Notes under the pieces: generated by a model
What the model was told of the DNA's origin: nothing
What the model saw: only the letters and a program-made list of their open reading frames with translations
The model's database searches: none
Translations under genes and position numbers: made by a program
Assembly (NCBI RefSeq): GCF_006345805.1
Contig: NC_043016.1
Location: forward strand, 2,108,001-2,172,000
Direction: 5' to 3'
Origin: Octopus sinensis
Taxonomy: Eukaryota
DNA length: 64,000 bases
Shown: piece by piece, positions 1 to 12,179 of the stretch
How positions within the stretch are numbered: position 1 is the first letter of the stretch
Layout of the letters: each line of letters opens with the position of its first letter

Positions 1-116
1 TTGGATGGAATATTATGCTTTTTTTTCCTTTTACGCAGACTGTCGAATTTATACCGAACACCCATTATACACATCCACACACCACAAACACCACGCACGC
101 CACACACATACACATG

Positions 117-149
<33 letters not shown>

Positions 150-352
150 GTATGTATTGTTGACGTTTTAAGTTTTATTTACTTCGAGACTCACAGCGAC
201 AAAAAAATTATTTTATGTTCTCGAAGTTACTAACTTCTTATGACATCAAAAACATACAATTTTTACTAATAAGAATAAACTTCCTAAAATGTTAAGAGAA
301 ATTCGAATGACTGCTTTGGTCCAAAGGTAGAACTCTTGTCGTGTTTGCAGCC

Positions 353-788
353 GAGGAGCGGCTGTGTGGTAAGTAGCTTGCTTACCAACCACATGGTCCT
401 GGGTTCAGTCTGCGTGGAACCTTGGTCAAGTGTCTTCTACAATAGCTGTGGGCCAACCAAAGCCTTCTGAGTGGATTTGGTAGACGGAAACTGAAAGAAG
501 ACCGTCGTATATGTATATATATTTATGTGTGTGTGTGCGTGTGTGTGTGTGTGTATGTATGTATGTGTGTGTATATGTTTGTGTGTCTGTTTCCCCCCCC
601 CCCCAACATCGCTTGACAACCGATGCGGGCCTGCTTACGTCTCCGTAAATTAGCGGTTCGGTAAAAAAGACCGATAGAATAAGTATTAGGCTTACAAAGA
701 ATAAGTCCTGGGGTCGATTTGCTCAACTAAAGGTCGTGCTCCAACATGGCCGCAGTCAAATGACTGAAACAAGTAAAAGAATAAAAGA
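353..788 (+). mobile_element. tRNA-derived SINE, near full length
   Basis: tRNA-like head (gctgtgtggtaagtagcttgc...gggttcagtc), internal (TG/TA)n tract and 3' tail ending gcagtcaaatgactgaaacaagtaaaaga. Homologous copies at 61755-62164 (-) and 8608-8780 (3' part). Confidence 0.8.
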
Positions 789-1101
789 TAAGGTTTTACA
801 CATTATTATTCATAGCTTAATTTGCTTCGAAACCCACAGATAAAAAAGTTATGTATTCACATTTTAGTAAGACACCTGCTCCTCTATCACAATTTCTTTC
901 TCCAGTCTATACCCAGCTCAATTGTAGGGTCTTATCTAGCGGGTATTTGGTGATTTCATCGGTATACTCTTTTACGTAATCGGTGTTAGAAAGGCATTCA
1001 TTTAGAAACCATATCAAAGCAAACAGATCTCCTGGTGGAGCTCGCTGACTGTTCTTGTCAAAGCATCCAACCCATGCCAGCTTGAAAATAGGGATGTTAA
1101 T

Positions 1102-1136
<35 letters not shown>

Positions 1137-3189
1137 TATAAGGTCGACTTAATATAATAGGTGAAACAAAAAGAATATTTGGAAATTATATTTTTAACGA
1201 GAAGAAAAATTCATTATTGTTAATGATAATTCGTTTCTGAACAGGAAAGGGGTAGAAGTCTGAATTTTAAATTTGAGAGATGTGTAATGGAATAGCCATG
1301 TCTTTGATCTTAATAGTTATTTGATTTTATTAGGACTCCTCGATGATGTATAGCCTAACAGGAAGCATCGACGCCACAGAATATAGATTTGGTACGAAAA
1401 GAATTCACAAGTTTAACTATTTTAAATAATGACATAGGAAAATTACTCAGAAGAGCCTTTTACAAGCAAAATAGGTAAAGTCCTGGCTAATATATTTCAC
1501 CTGGTAAACCGAACTGAGTTGCAATTAATTGATATTATACAATTAGTGAGATGAAAAGCTCTCACTATTCAAGAAGATTCTTTTCAAATGGGCAATATTT
1601 AAACTGAGTGAACATTAAATGTAGATGGGTTGGATATGCCGTTCCTTTTCGTAGTCTTTGTCCTCTGAGTAAAGAAGTTTATTGATTTTTTGACAACAGC
1701 AAAATCACTGCACTCACATTTAGAAACAGTGAAACATCGCCACCTAGAAATCTGGAAACTAAAATAGAAGGGACAAAGTCACCTGGTCACAGTTAATAAT
1801 ATTGAATTTTACTATAATATAACTGTTTTCGTAGTGACCATCTTTCTTTTCTACGGACAGTGCATCAAGGAATATATTACTAAAAGTATTTTTCTAGGAT
1901 TTAATTTTTATTTATGCAAATTTGTCAGTTATTTCTAGCTGATGCACCGATCACATACAGTCTCTCTCCTTTTCTCGTTTGAACTCATTTAAAAAGAGAT
2001 TGCGAGTGAGTGGTATCAAATGTCCGACCACCCAACTGTGCTCATTATTAAAAAGGAAGAAGTAGGATTAATGACATCATCTCTGAAATTAGTTTTTCCT
2101 GTCACGTTTGTTTCATCTGTTAAAACGACCAGAAGATTCTTCATAATATGACAAATCTTTACAGTAAACTAAATGAAAAGTCTTTCGTTTAACTTGCCCT
2201 GTTTTAATTTTTGGGTTTTTTTTTCACTTTTTATTTATTACTCACTGAAAGAGGGACGCCAAAGATGTTGTGTTACTGCTGCCGAAGTTGTAGTTACACT
2301 TGTTTTCATTTTTGTTATAGTTGTTATTATTGCTGTTTTGTGACCATAGGAGAGCCCCGATCCAGTAGATCTATGTCATATTTATAGCCATTTTCCCGGT
2401 TATATAATGTCTCGTCTAACTAAGGACGATATTACACATACTGGCATGCGGTAATGAGTAACATTGGTGCAGTGAGACATTTAGACATATTACAATCTTT
2501 ACTGTCCAATTTATTTTGTATTCCCTCAGGCACAACACTTACACGCCCCGACTTTCAGTACTGAACACTACACAGTGTGGACATAACGCAATCTCTCCAC
2601 CATCCTGTTTATATTTGTACACTCGTAGATTTCGGTAATAGCTGCCTGTGACTAAGGTAGACTCGGCCCAGTTCGACAATTGGTGTTTGGTGTAATTATT
2701 GTTGGTGGTACACAATTCAACAGAGTTTAGTGTCATACGGCAGCGATTTGTATTTTCCTGGGTGTGTGAGAGAGATAAGTTTTAGAATGTTGTAGTAGAG
2801 CGAGGTATATGCATGTCTTGAATATTGGAAGGTGATCGAAGTGAGGTCAGAAGCTCTGTACAGAATCACACTGATCCCATAGCATGTTCTCGTGGTCTTT
2901 CGTTTTTCGTAATTTTATTTATTGCGTAGATTGACTGTGAATGTGCTTTGTGTAGGACTTATTATGATATATAGCGCACTGCTTTGAGTTCTTTGTACTC
3001 TGTTGAAGGTTTGGGCTTTTTTCTTTGTTTTTTTTTGGGGGTGGAGGTTGTTTGTGGAGATATTGAACCCAGGTAGGATTGACATAGTCCGTAATGGATC
3101 TAAGTTATTGTTTTTACAACATTGTTGTTGCTTCTTTCTATCGGCGAAATGTGAACTTATAATTCTTTTCTACACTAGACACAAGACCT

Positions 3190-3305
3190 GAAATTTGAAG
3201 GGAGGTGGGGGGCAGTCGATTCGATCGACCCCAGTACGCGACTGGTATTTAATTTATCGACTCCGAAAGGATGAAAGGCATAGTCGACCTCCACGGAATT
3301 TGAAA
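3190..3305 (-). mobile_element. SINE central-domain fragment (gtcgac...gcctttcatcctttcgg...gtcgataaa type; MetaSINE/MESC-like)
   Basis: Reverse complement matches the domain repeated at 32915-33350, 34900-35180, 35271-35482 and 42990-43530. Confidence 0.65.
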
Positions 3306-3399
3306 TATGAGCTTGTAATTGCTTTTAAAATGTTTGTTATTTTCTTTTCCTTATTGTGCCGTCTGTGTTGCGAATATTGTAGATGATGTCAATTTATTT

Positions 3400-3800
3400 C
3401 TGTATATCTATGTGTGTACGTGTCTGCGTGTCTGTCTGTGTGTGTGTATGTGTTGTGTGTCATGTGTGTTTGTGTATGTGTCTGTGTGTATGTATTGTGT
3501 CTTCTATTCGTGTTGCGAATATTGTAGATAATGTAAACCTTAACTAAATTTATTTCTCTGTATATCCATGTCCGTATGTGTATGTGCGTATGTGTCTGTG
3601 CGTCTGTGTGTGTGTGTCTGTATGTGTGTGTGTTGTGCCTTCTATTTGTGTTGCAAATATTGCAGATGGTGTTTGTAAGCCTTAGTATTTTTGTTTTTGT
3701 GCGTGTCTATATGTGTGTGTGCGCGCTGTGTGTGTGTGTGTGTTTGCGAGTGTGTATGTGCGTGTGTATGTTTGCGAGTGTGCGTGTGTGTGCCTTTGAG
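3400..3800. repeat. (TG)n-rich compound microsatellite
   Basis: Direct inspection; source of the CV-rich ORFs. Confidence 0.9.
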
Positions 3801-4104
3801 TGGGATTATATTGTGGAGTGGCTGTACCCAACCTTCTGTTGTCGCCGGTAACTAGGGATAAAGTGGTTCCTGTGGGAAATGGTAATTTACTACAACCTTC
3901 CACAATCACAGCCTGTTGTTGTGGACACATATTTCTGGATGATTTTTGTAGGGTTGAATAGATACACTGCCGTGTCTGGGTAATGAGAGAACGATGCGAG
4001 TGTAATGTTCGCTCTGTACAGTAGGGTCGAATGGAAATATCGTGTAAACAGACTAAAAATAGTTAAGAGGACAGACCTCTGTAGTATCCCTCTATGTAGG
4101 CTTG

Positions 4105-4540
4105 TATTTATGTATGTATGAATGCGTGTATGTATGTGTGTATATATCTATGTATGTATGCATGCAGGCATGTATGTGTATATGTATTTATGTATGTATG
4201 TGTTTATGTATACAGGTATGTATGTATGTATGCGGGTGAGGATGTATGTATGTATACATCAATGTATTTATGTATGCAGGCATGTATATGTGTACGTGTA
4301 TGTATTTATGTATGTATATAAGTCTGTATATATGTATGCATGCATGCATTTATGTATATATATATGTATGTATGTGTGTATGTATATATGCATCTACGTA
4401 TTTATGTATGCAGGCATGTATATATGTGTGTATGTATGCATCTATGTATGTGTAAGCATGTATGTGTATGTATGCAGACATGTATGTATGTGTGTATGTC
4501 TATATGTATCTATTTATTCATGTATGTACGTATGTGTGCA
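4105..4540. repeat. (TATG)n degenerate microsatellite
   Basis: Direct inspection; source of the MYVC-type ORFs. Confidence 0.9.
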
Positions 4541-4787
4541 TTTTTTGCACAATTATTTTGGTGCCTTTTAGTCAATGAGATCGAGTGCCTGAAAGTACAT
4601 TTTATGTAATGAGTATGTTATGAGCGTGGGCAATTTTTCTAAGAAACGTGATGAATATATTTATAAGAATTCTTTTCTCGTTGTTGCTGTATAAGTAATT
4701 TGGTAATACAGTTCTATATTTAAGAGATGAGGAATTACGTACATTATTTACATTTGACGGATATTTGTCCTCATCTTGTTTGTTGTT

Positions 4788-4833
4788 AACACAACGTTTC
4801 AGATGATATACCCTCCAGCCAACTTCAGGTGTC
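4788..4833 (-). ncRNA. Degenerate minimal type-I hammerhead ribozyme
   Basis: - strand: gacac CTGAAGT tggctg...tcatct GAAAC GTT gtgtt. Stem I gacac/gtgtt, palindromic helix III AACGTT; core A9 and stem II are mutated. Confidence 0.5.
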
Positions 4834-4890
4834 TTGGGGAGATTTCGAACCTGGGTTCTCATTCCTAAGGTATTTTTCGATGTTATTGTT

Positions 4891-4937
<47 letters not shown>

Positions 4938-5082
4938 TATTATTTTTATTATTAATCAGGTCACTGCTTGGAATCGAACTCGGAATCTTAAGGTTAGTAG
5001 CCCGCGCTTTTACCCTCTATGCCATAATAATAACATCGAAAAATACCTTAGGAATGAGAACCCAGGTTCGAAATTTCCCCAA

Positions 5083-5131
5083 GACACTTGATGATGAAGA
5101 CTGATTGGTATATCAGCCGAAACGTTGTGTT
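5083..5131 (+). ncRNA. Degenerate minimal type-I hammerhead ribozyme
   Basis: gacac tTGATGA tga agactga...tcagcc GAAAC GTT gtgtt. C3 is changed and a tga is duplicated. Confidence 0.55.
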
Positions 5132-5549
5132 AACAACAAACAAGATGAGGAAAAATATCCATCAAATGTAAATAATATGAATAATGTAATGTTATATAAT
5201 GGGGGAAATTGATAGTTATATAATTGGTAATGTTATATAACTGGGAAAAATAACACGGTGATTGGTGATGACCTTATTAGAATTGTTGCTATTATCAATT
5301 ACATTATAGTAGCATGGCTTGTTTAATAAATAATTTTAAATTTTGTCTTCCTGTTAAAATTCCTAGATAAGTAAATTTTTAAAACAAGCAACAACACAGA
5401 ATTCATTTATTTAATAAATATATATACTAATGATATATCTAAAGAATAAACATGCACACACATGTCTAATATCGCATCATATTATATCATATGTATATAG
5501 ATACACGCACACGCACACAAATACACAGGTGGAAAAAATAGTACTCGAA

Positions 5550-5765
5550 CACCAAAGTAAAGTAATATACTTTTTGTTATTAAAGCTGCCAAATTATCAC
5601 ACAACTGTTAGAGTTTCACGTTCCTAATCGTCAGAGTTGTGATGAAAACAGAATTCAGATTAATTTCTAAATTAATCTTAATTCAGTTTTAATTACAAAT
5701 GTCCGACGAACGTGAAACTTTGGGTAAACAATTCTGTGATAATAATTTTGCAGATTAATAAACAG
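5550..5765. repeat. Fold-back (palindromic) PLE-terminus-derived element with HHR remnants in both arms
   Basis: ~5570-5640 and ~5695-5762 are inverted homologues around a spacer that is itself near-palindromic (aaaacagaattcagattaattt / aaattaatcttaattcagtttt). Confidence 0.65.
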
Positions 5766-5766
5766 A

Positions 5767-5812
<46 letters not shown>

Positions 5813-5989
5813 GAAATATGTTACAAAAAGAAAATATAAAATACACGTGGAAATGTAAGGGTAAAATATTAAATATCAACGAAAATGCACATTGCAAATA
5901 AAAAAGGCTTTTTATGACAGGTAACGACAAATATATACATTTAGATGGACTGATGTAGTAATAAGAGTCATAAAAGTCATTATTATGAG

Positions 5990-8300
5990 ATGATTATAAG
6001 ATGATAATAAAGTAAGAGAACAAAGCGAACCATGGTTTCGGCAAAAATCTATTCATCGCTTTGAAAACACCGGCTAATACACGGTGTCAGGTCTAATAGT
6101 TCCTGAGAAAAAAGATTATTTGTAACGGAGGTCAGTAGTTCTGGATTATTTGTAAGGGAGGTAAGTAGTTCTGGATTTAGAAATGTGAGTGGTGTAGGAA
6201 GTGTATAAGGGTTAGTGGTTTCAATTGAAGAGTTAGTGGCGTTCTGTATTGAGTTGTGTGTTCATATTTAGTTGGGGGAGAAATTTATTGATGAAAAATG
6301 CCTCTTTATTCAACCTTTGTTGAATTGTGGTGTTCTATGAACATTGATAAAAGGGAAAGATTTGGAAATTGGGATTAAAATTCCTGGCACACCTTTAATG
6401 TGTTCACTCACCTTTAACTGTCTGTATTGTGGGTGGCGGATTTGCTCTTTGTGAATGGTCGTTCTTTGACGGAGCGAAATTCCTGTTTGTCCAATATAGA
6501 GTTTACCACATCCTATGCATGTCATGACATAGATTACATTTACTGAGGCGTAGGTGAAATTTGATTTGATCTTAGATATTTCTCCTTGTTTGAAGTGAAA
6601 TTCTGAACTCTCCAGAAGGTGGGGGCAAGTTCCACAGTTAGAACGTCCACATTTTGTCACTTTTGGCTCTGTTGTTAATGGATACAGTCTAGCGCTGGTT
6701 AATATTTTTTTCAGTGACTTCTGTTGCTTTTTGCTTTTTATAATTTTATATGAGCTTAAAATTTCGTTCATTGTTTTGTCTGCTGTGAGGATGGGAAGAT
6801 TTTGGGTGATGATGTTGAAGGCTTCGTTGTTTCTAGGGTTATGTGTGGAAATGTACGGGAATATTTTAAAGTCTTGGTTAGTATTTCGGCTAGTTTTCCT
6901 TAACATTTGTATATCTATTTCCTTAGCTCTTTTGATGCTTTCATTTACTAATGAGATTGGGTAATGTCTTTTAGTTAGAGTAGATCTAAGTTCAAGGAGT
7001 CTTTGTTCTCGAGTGTATGTATCGGAAACTATGGTGTAGATTCTTTTCGCTAGGTTAAAGGGTATGTTGATTTTTATGTGTTTGGGGTGGCAGGAGTTAA
7101 ATAATAGGTATTGCTTAGAATCTGTGGGTTTATAAAAGATGTCTGTTTCTATTCTAATTAAGAAGTCTAGAAAAGGGAGTTGTTTACTGCTGTGTTCCAT
7201 AGTGAATTGTATATTGCTGTGTATGTCGTTGAGAATTCTTTTGAAATCAAGGAGTTGATCCATGCTGTCTTTCCAAAGTATGATGCAATCATCCAAATAT
7301 CTCTTCCAGTTCTCCTTTAAGTAGCAATTAAAAGAGGCGCCATATTTTTCTAGTTATGATTGGTATAACTTGAGTTCGAGGTAACCCATTACGAGGTTTG
7401 CAATCACTGGAGCAGCTCTGGTTCCCATTGCGATTCCACATTTTTGTCGATAGTAAGTAGTATCGAACAAGAAATGATTGTTCGGCAAGATGAATTTCAG
7501 TGCTTCAATTATAAAATTGTGGTTAATTCGTCCTGGGATCTCTTCTGGGTATTTTTCTAGCCAAAATGTGATTGCTTCTATACCATATTCGTGTGGAATA
7601 TTGGTGTATAGATTCACCACATCGAAAGATACCAGCAGTGTTCCGTCCTTTACTGTCTTCGGGAGGTGGTTCAGCATGTCTAGGTCATCCCTGATAAAGT
7701 TTTTCACATATTATAAAAGAGGTTTGAGTAATATGTCGAGGAAGTTGATCAAACGGTGGGATTCACAAGAAGGGCCAGCTATGATGGGTCTCAGTTTGAG
7801 GTCAGTAGGGGAGGGACATTAATGCATAGGCTTCTAGAGACTTTGCAGGCTTCACAAATGTGTGGATTTTTATGTATTTTGGAAAATCCGTAGAATAGAC
7901 TAGGACTGTATTTGAAATTGGATAAATAGTCTATTTCGTGTGTTGTAAGACCCTTTCCATGAATTTGGAGTAAGGAGGATAAGTTTTTCAGTGTTTTCTG
8001 TGGGTTGTAATATGTTAATTTCTCATAGTAAGTATTATTTTCCAGCATGGAAAGTATTAAATTTTTGTAATACTCTGTATCCATCAATACTACCGCACTT
8101 CCTTTGTCGGCTTCTTTAATGGTGAGGTTTATGTCATTTTTTAACTTGACAAGGTCTTTACATTCATTTAAATTAAGGTTGGATTTAATATGTTGTTTTG
8201 GAATGGTATTGTAAGGAAAACAAGTTATGTGATCACAGAAAACACCAAGTACTTTATTTCTACCTTTTGTAGGACGATATTCACTTTTGTTTTTCATTAT
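5990..8300 (-). mobile_element. Penelope-like retroelement (RT plus GIY-YIG endonuclease), frameshifted and 5'-truncated
   Basis: ORFs 7791-8396 (TIKEADKGSAVV), 7354-7707 (SFDVVNLYTNIP, QKCGIAMGTRAAP) and 6310-7296 (DDCIILW, KPTDSKQYLLFNSCHP, CGRSNCGTC, VIYVMTCIGCGKLYIGQT). Confidence 0.93.
6021..6063 (-). ncRNA. Hammerhead ribozyme remnant in the 3' region of the PLE
   Basis: - strand: caaagcg ATGA atagatttttgcc GAAAC catg GTT cgctttg. 7-bp stem I and palindromic helix III AACCATGGTT, but the CUG of the core is missing. Confidence 0.5.
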
Positions 8301-8341
8301 TGAATATATATATATATATATATATTGGGTGTGTGTGTATG

Positions 8342-8373
<32 letters not shown>

Positions 8374-8382
8374 TTATATATA

Positions 8383-8470
<88 letters not shown>
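8300..8470. repeat. (TA)n microsatellite
   Basis: Direct inspection. Confidence 0.95.
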
Positions 8471-8473
<3 letters not shown>

Positions 8474-8607
8474 TGTGATGAATTAGCTTAGGTACAGCTA
8501 TGCAATAACCTGCTGTTAGTGTTAGAACTTAATATACACATGCTTCAGATAAAGCGCTAGGAGTGTACTGAGCATTAAAAAATCGTTGAATGACAAGGTA
8601 CGTAATC

Positions 8608-8780
8608 GACAACCGATGCTGGTGTGTTCACGTCCCCGTCACTTAGAGGTTCGGCAAAAAGAGACCGATAGAATAAGTACTGGGCTTACAAAAAGAATAA
8701 GTCCCAGGGTCGAGTTGCTCGACTAAAGGCGGTGCTTCAGCATGGCCGCAGTCAAATGACTGAAACAAGTAAAAGAGTAA
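8608..8780 (+). mobile_element. SINE 3' fragment abutting the truncated Tc1 end
   Basis: Matches the tail of the 353-788 SINE (gaccgatagaataagtac...gcagtcaaatgactgaaacaagtaaaagag). Confidence 0.8.
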
Positions 8781-9801
8781 GGTATGGACTCGTACAAAGA
8801 TTGAATTTTTTCCAAAGGAATTTTTGCCCATTCTTCATCTAAACAGTCTTCAGTTCTTGTAGTGATGATGGTGAAGGATTGATCAAACTCCTTACTTGTT
8901 TTTCTAAAATACACCATAAATATTCAATAATATTGAGATCTGGGGACTGTTGTGGCCAGATAAGATGTTCAACTTCACTAAGAATATTTCTCGTGCCATT
9001 CAGTAACAACTTTAGCTGTGTGAATAGGTGCATTATCATCCTGAAAGATTGCGTTTCCCTCCGGAAACAGTTCCGTAACCATAGGATGAATTTGATCAAT
9101 TAAAATGCTTAAATAGTCTTGACTATTTATTCTGCCATGAAGGGAAACCACTGGGCCTGTGGATTTCCAAGATATAGCCCCGCAGATTATCACAGATGCT
9201 CCTCCATGTTTTACAGTTGAAAGAATGTAGTCTGGTACAAAAGCTTCTTTTGGCTGTCTCCACGCGTATACTCGGCTTGTGTTTGGAAATAATGTAAAGG
9301 ATGTCTCATCCGAGAAAATAACATTCTTCTACTGTTCTAGGGACCATTACTTTAAGTTTTTACTCCACTCTAAATACTTTGCAACGTTTGTTTTTGAAAG
9401 TAGTGGTTTTCTGATTTCAGCCCTGCCGTGAAATCCGGCTTTGTGCATTTTTGTTTCAACAAGGAGGTTTTGTCCTCTTTCTCAAAGGCTGTCATTACTT
9501 TCGAGGCAGTACTTCTTGATATTCCAAACATTTCGGCTGTTTTCGTTACACTAGCGCCTGCCATACGAGCACCAACAATTTGACCTCTTTGAATGACCAA
9601 TAGATCTGTCATTTTAATGAATTTTAATTAACTTTCTCTAATGGTATCTGAAAAGAAACAGCAATTTTAGCAAAACATATTGAGCAACTCTAATAACAAA
9701 TCAAAAAACATAAATATAAACAAGCTTTTGACGGTTTTATAGATATTTCACAATTATGATGCTATGATGCTAGGCGTTTCCATTATTTTGTCCAAACCCT
9801 G
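8781..9801 (-). mobile_element. Tc1/mariner DNA transposon relic (probable DD36E type) with one intact TIR
   Basis: Paired-like HTH (RGQIVGARMAGASVTKTAEMFGISRST), NVIFSDETS, FQDDNAPIH and SPDLNIIEYLW. Terminus CAGGGTTTGGACAAAATAATGGAAAC flanked by TA at 9802-9803; several frameshifts; other end lost. Confidence 0.92.
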
Positions 9802-9812
9802 TATGTATGTAT

Positions 9813-9847
<35 letters not shown>

Positions 9848-9956
9848 GTCAATTCAAATAAACAATCAATTAAAATAAGTGAATAATAAAATTATGCGAC
9901 AACAAGAGGACGTACACAAGGAATGTATTAGCTTAACGCTCCGTAAAAAGAGCGAA

Positions 9957-9993
9957 TTCTTGACGCTTCGAGCATAGCTTTTCATCGGAAAGG
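9957..9993 (-). ncRNA. Degenerate minimal hammerhead ribozyme
   Basis: - strand: ccttt CCGATGA aaagc tat gctc GAAGC GTC aagaa. GAAAC is mutated to GAAGC; helix III has no loop. Confidence 0.45.
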
Positions 9994-11225
9994 AGAAAGG
10001 GAAAAGCCCACAAGGAAGGAAAAGTTATCACCAACAGTACGTGTGCAGTAACATTGCTGAAGTGTATGTGTGTGTGTGTGTGTGTGTGTACGTGTGTGTA
10101 CGTGTGTGTACGTGTGTGTGTGTGTACGTGTGTGTATGTGTGTGTGTGTGTGTAAACACTAACCAGGAAGATTGTCACTCTAGATTACGCACCCTTCTAC
10201 AATAATTTAGCACACTTTCAAATCCAGAATTTCGGTTAATCTAATATGCATAACACTTCCTAGTGAATAATTAATACAGATAACACCAGATCACTCACAA
10301 TCCTATCACATCCTCGATTCAAGGTGAATTTAACAAATCTCTTTTGTGTGTATAGCTTAGAGAGGAGAGAGTTCTTTTTATGACGCTAATTTATCTTGGA
10401 CTATATCAGGAGTGATGCACTCTCGCTCGGATTCAATTCTCAAACCGCCCACTGACAGAGCTCTTTAAAACGCATTAATACAAAGAAGACGTATTAAGCC
10501 TTAAAGCCCCAAACAGTAATTTGATATAAGCTGTAACAAGTACGAATTTGTAAAATTAAAGATTCGATAATTTTTTATTTTTTTTTCATCAGAGATATGT
10601 CCATGCGGTTTAATACATAGCTACAATGCACTCCCTCAAGTAAATTTATTCCCTGTTCCTGCACTGCACGAAGACATCAAATGGACTTATGGATCCCTCT
10701 ATTATTTAGAGACCTTTTTTATGTATGTCTAAAGAAGAACAGTGAGGAGAAAGTTAGAGGCGGGGACAGAGATAGAGAGAGAGAGGGATAGAGAATATGA
10801 GAGAGAGAGAGAGGGAGACTTTGGTCGATAAAATAGAACCAGTCATGTTTCAATGATCTATTCAATTGATTTATTACCTTTACTCTGCAATGTGTGGGGT
10901 TTTTTTTATATAAATGGGAGAAATCAATATTTTTTTTGTCTACATGACGCAATAATCAATGTAAATGTCTTTGTTTACTCACCTTTTTTGTTTATTTATT
11001 TATAAGTACGTCTGAGTAACTGGCCTGTATCTTCTTGTCTGTTTTATATGTATTATTTTTTAGAGACAAGTCCTGCAAGTGTCATCACAGATATGGCTAA
11101 TTTCGCTCCGTAAAGAGTCACATGTAACTTTTTTATAGATATTGCCACAATTAGCTTTGTTACTTCGTCAACATCAATAAACGCTTACAGGCAAATAGAC
11201 ATACATACAGACAGATAAGCATACA

Positions 11226-11270
<45 letters not shown>

Positions 11271-12179
11271 GCAAGTATATATGTATGTGTCTATGTACGT
11301 ACGTATTACTCCTGAACTCTATATTTCAGAACAAACTTAAGCAGACCCTAAATCCAAAATTACCAAAGATATACTTCTAATTTTTTCTCACTTCTCTTTC
11401 AAACGCGAGTTCCAAAAAATAGAGGCTTCAAAACCTTGGTTAGAAAGCATGAAATTGAGAAAAGAATGATAGTTTCCTACTGCTCATTCCTGACCAAAAT
11501 ATTTAATGCACTCACCAATATTTCGCAAAATACATCATCAAGAGTCCTAGCACTACAATATTTGCTCTGACGTAGCAAACCATCTGCGATGACCTTATCC
11601 AGTTCCAGTAAGGATAATGCACCAGAAGGTGTGAGTCTTTCTGACACGTTTTTATATCCCACAATTCAACTGGAAAAATTGCCTTTGGTTTTATTTCACT
11701 TAAATATGAGTTGCACAATACTTGCAATCTTTTTTCAAGTTGTACTTGTTTAATCCCTTTGCTTAAACAATATTGAGCCATCATTAGGACCCGTCCAACT
11801 ATGCACAGGGCAACAAGCAATATAGACATAGATCGCAATGTGCCATTCCAACCAGACATAAGTTTGGAGGATCCCACAGGAAGAAATATACTAAGCTTGC
11901 CAATCAACATAAATGCTTCTTTATACTTTATACTTTATTCTTTATATTTCAAATTCCTTCGAAGATTTTCGACGTTTGGAACACCAACTGAGAGACATGA
12001 TTTATATTTTATTTATGAAGAATTATGCCTGATAGAACGCAGTGCAGGCAGAAGCGTCTACTCCTAAAACAACTAAGAGTTATTGGGTTCTTTTAGCCAT
12101 AATATTAATACGTTGTGCATCATCCATTCCGCTTAAGCCATGCTTCAAGTATCCTGATGACCATGCTGATGATTTCAAG

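Larger units (their letters stand above)
4741..5185. mobile_element. Inverted-repeat element: tRNA-like head, trinucleotide linker and HHR-containing tail on the - strand, plus an inverted copy of the tail on the + strand
   Basis: 4741-4890 is the reverse complement of ~5028-5185. On the - strand, 5025-4958 reads TGGCATAGAGG (A-box-like)...GTTCGATTCC (B-box). Confidence 0.75.

Noticed and set aside
2540-4075. Possible ancient LINE RT-thumb fragments on the - strand (FNRVQRTQSSALYII; YFHSTLLY...IIQKYVSTTTGC)
   Set aside because: Similarity is too weak and fragmented to call without a search.
4958-5025. Functional tRNA gene
   Set aside because: The acceptor and anticodon stems do not pair properly; better explained as a tRNA-derived repeat head.
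10345-11120. Possible + strand exons with AG/GT boundaries (e.g. CPCGLIHSYNALPQVNLFP...)
   Set aside because: Phases do not join into a continuous frame and the peptides are not recognisable.
11477-11910. 132-aa hydrophobic ORF resembling a GPCR segment or a MULE transposase C-terminus (FPVELW)
   Set aside because: No start/splice context or diagnostic motif; both interpretations rest on a few residues.
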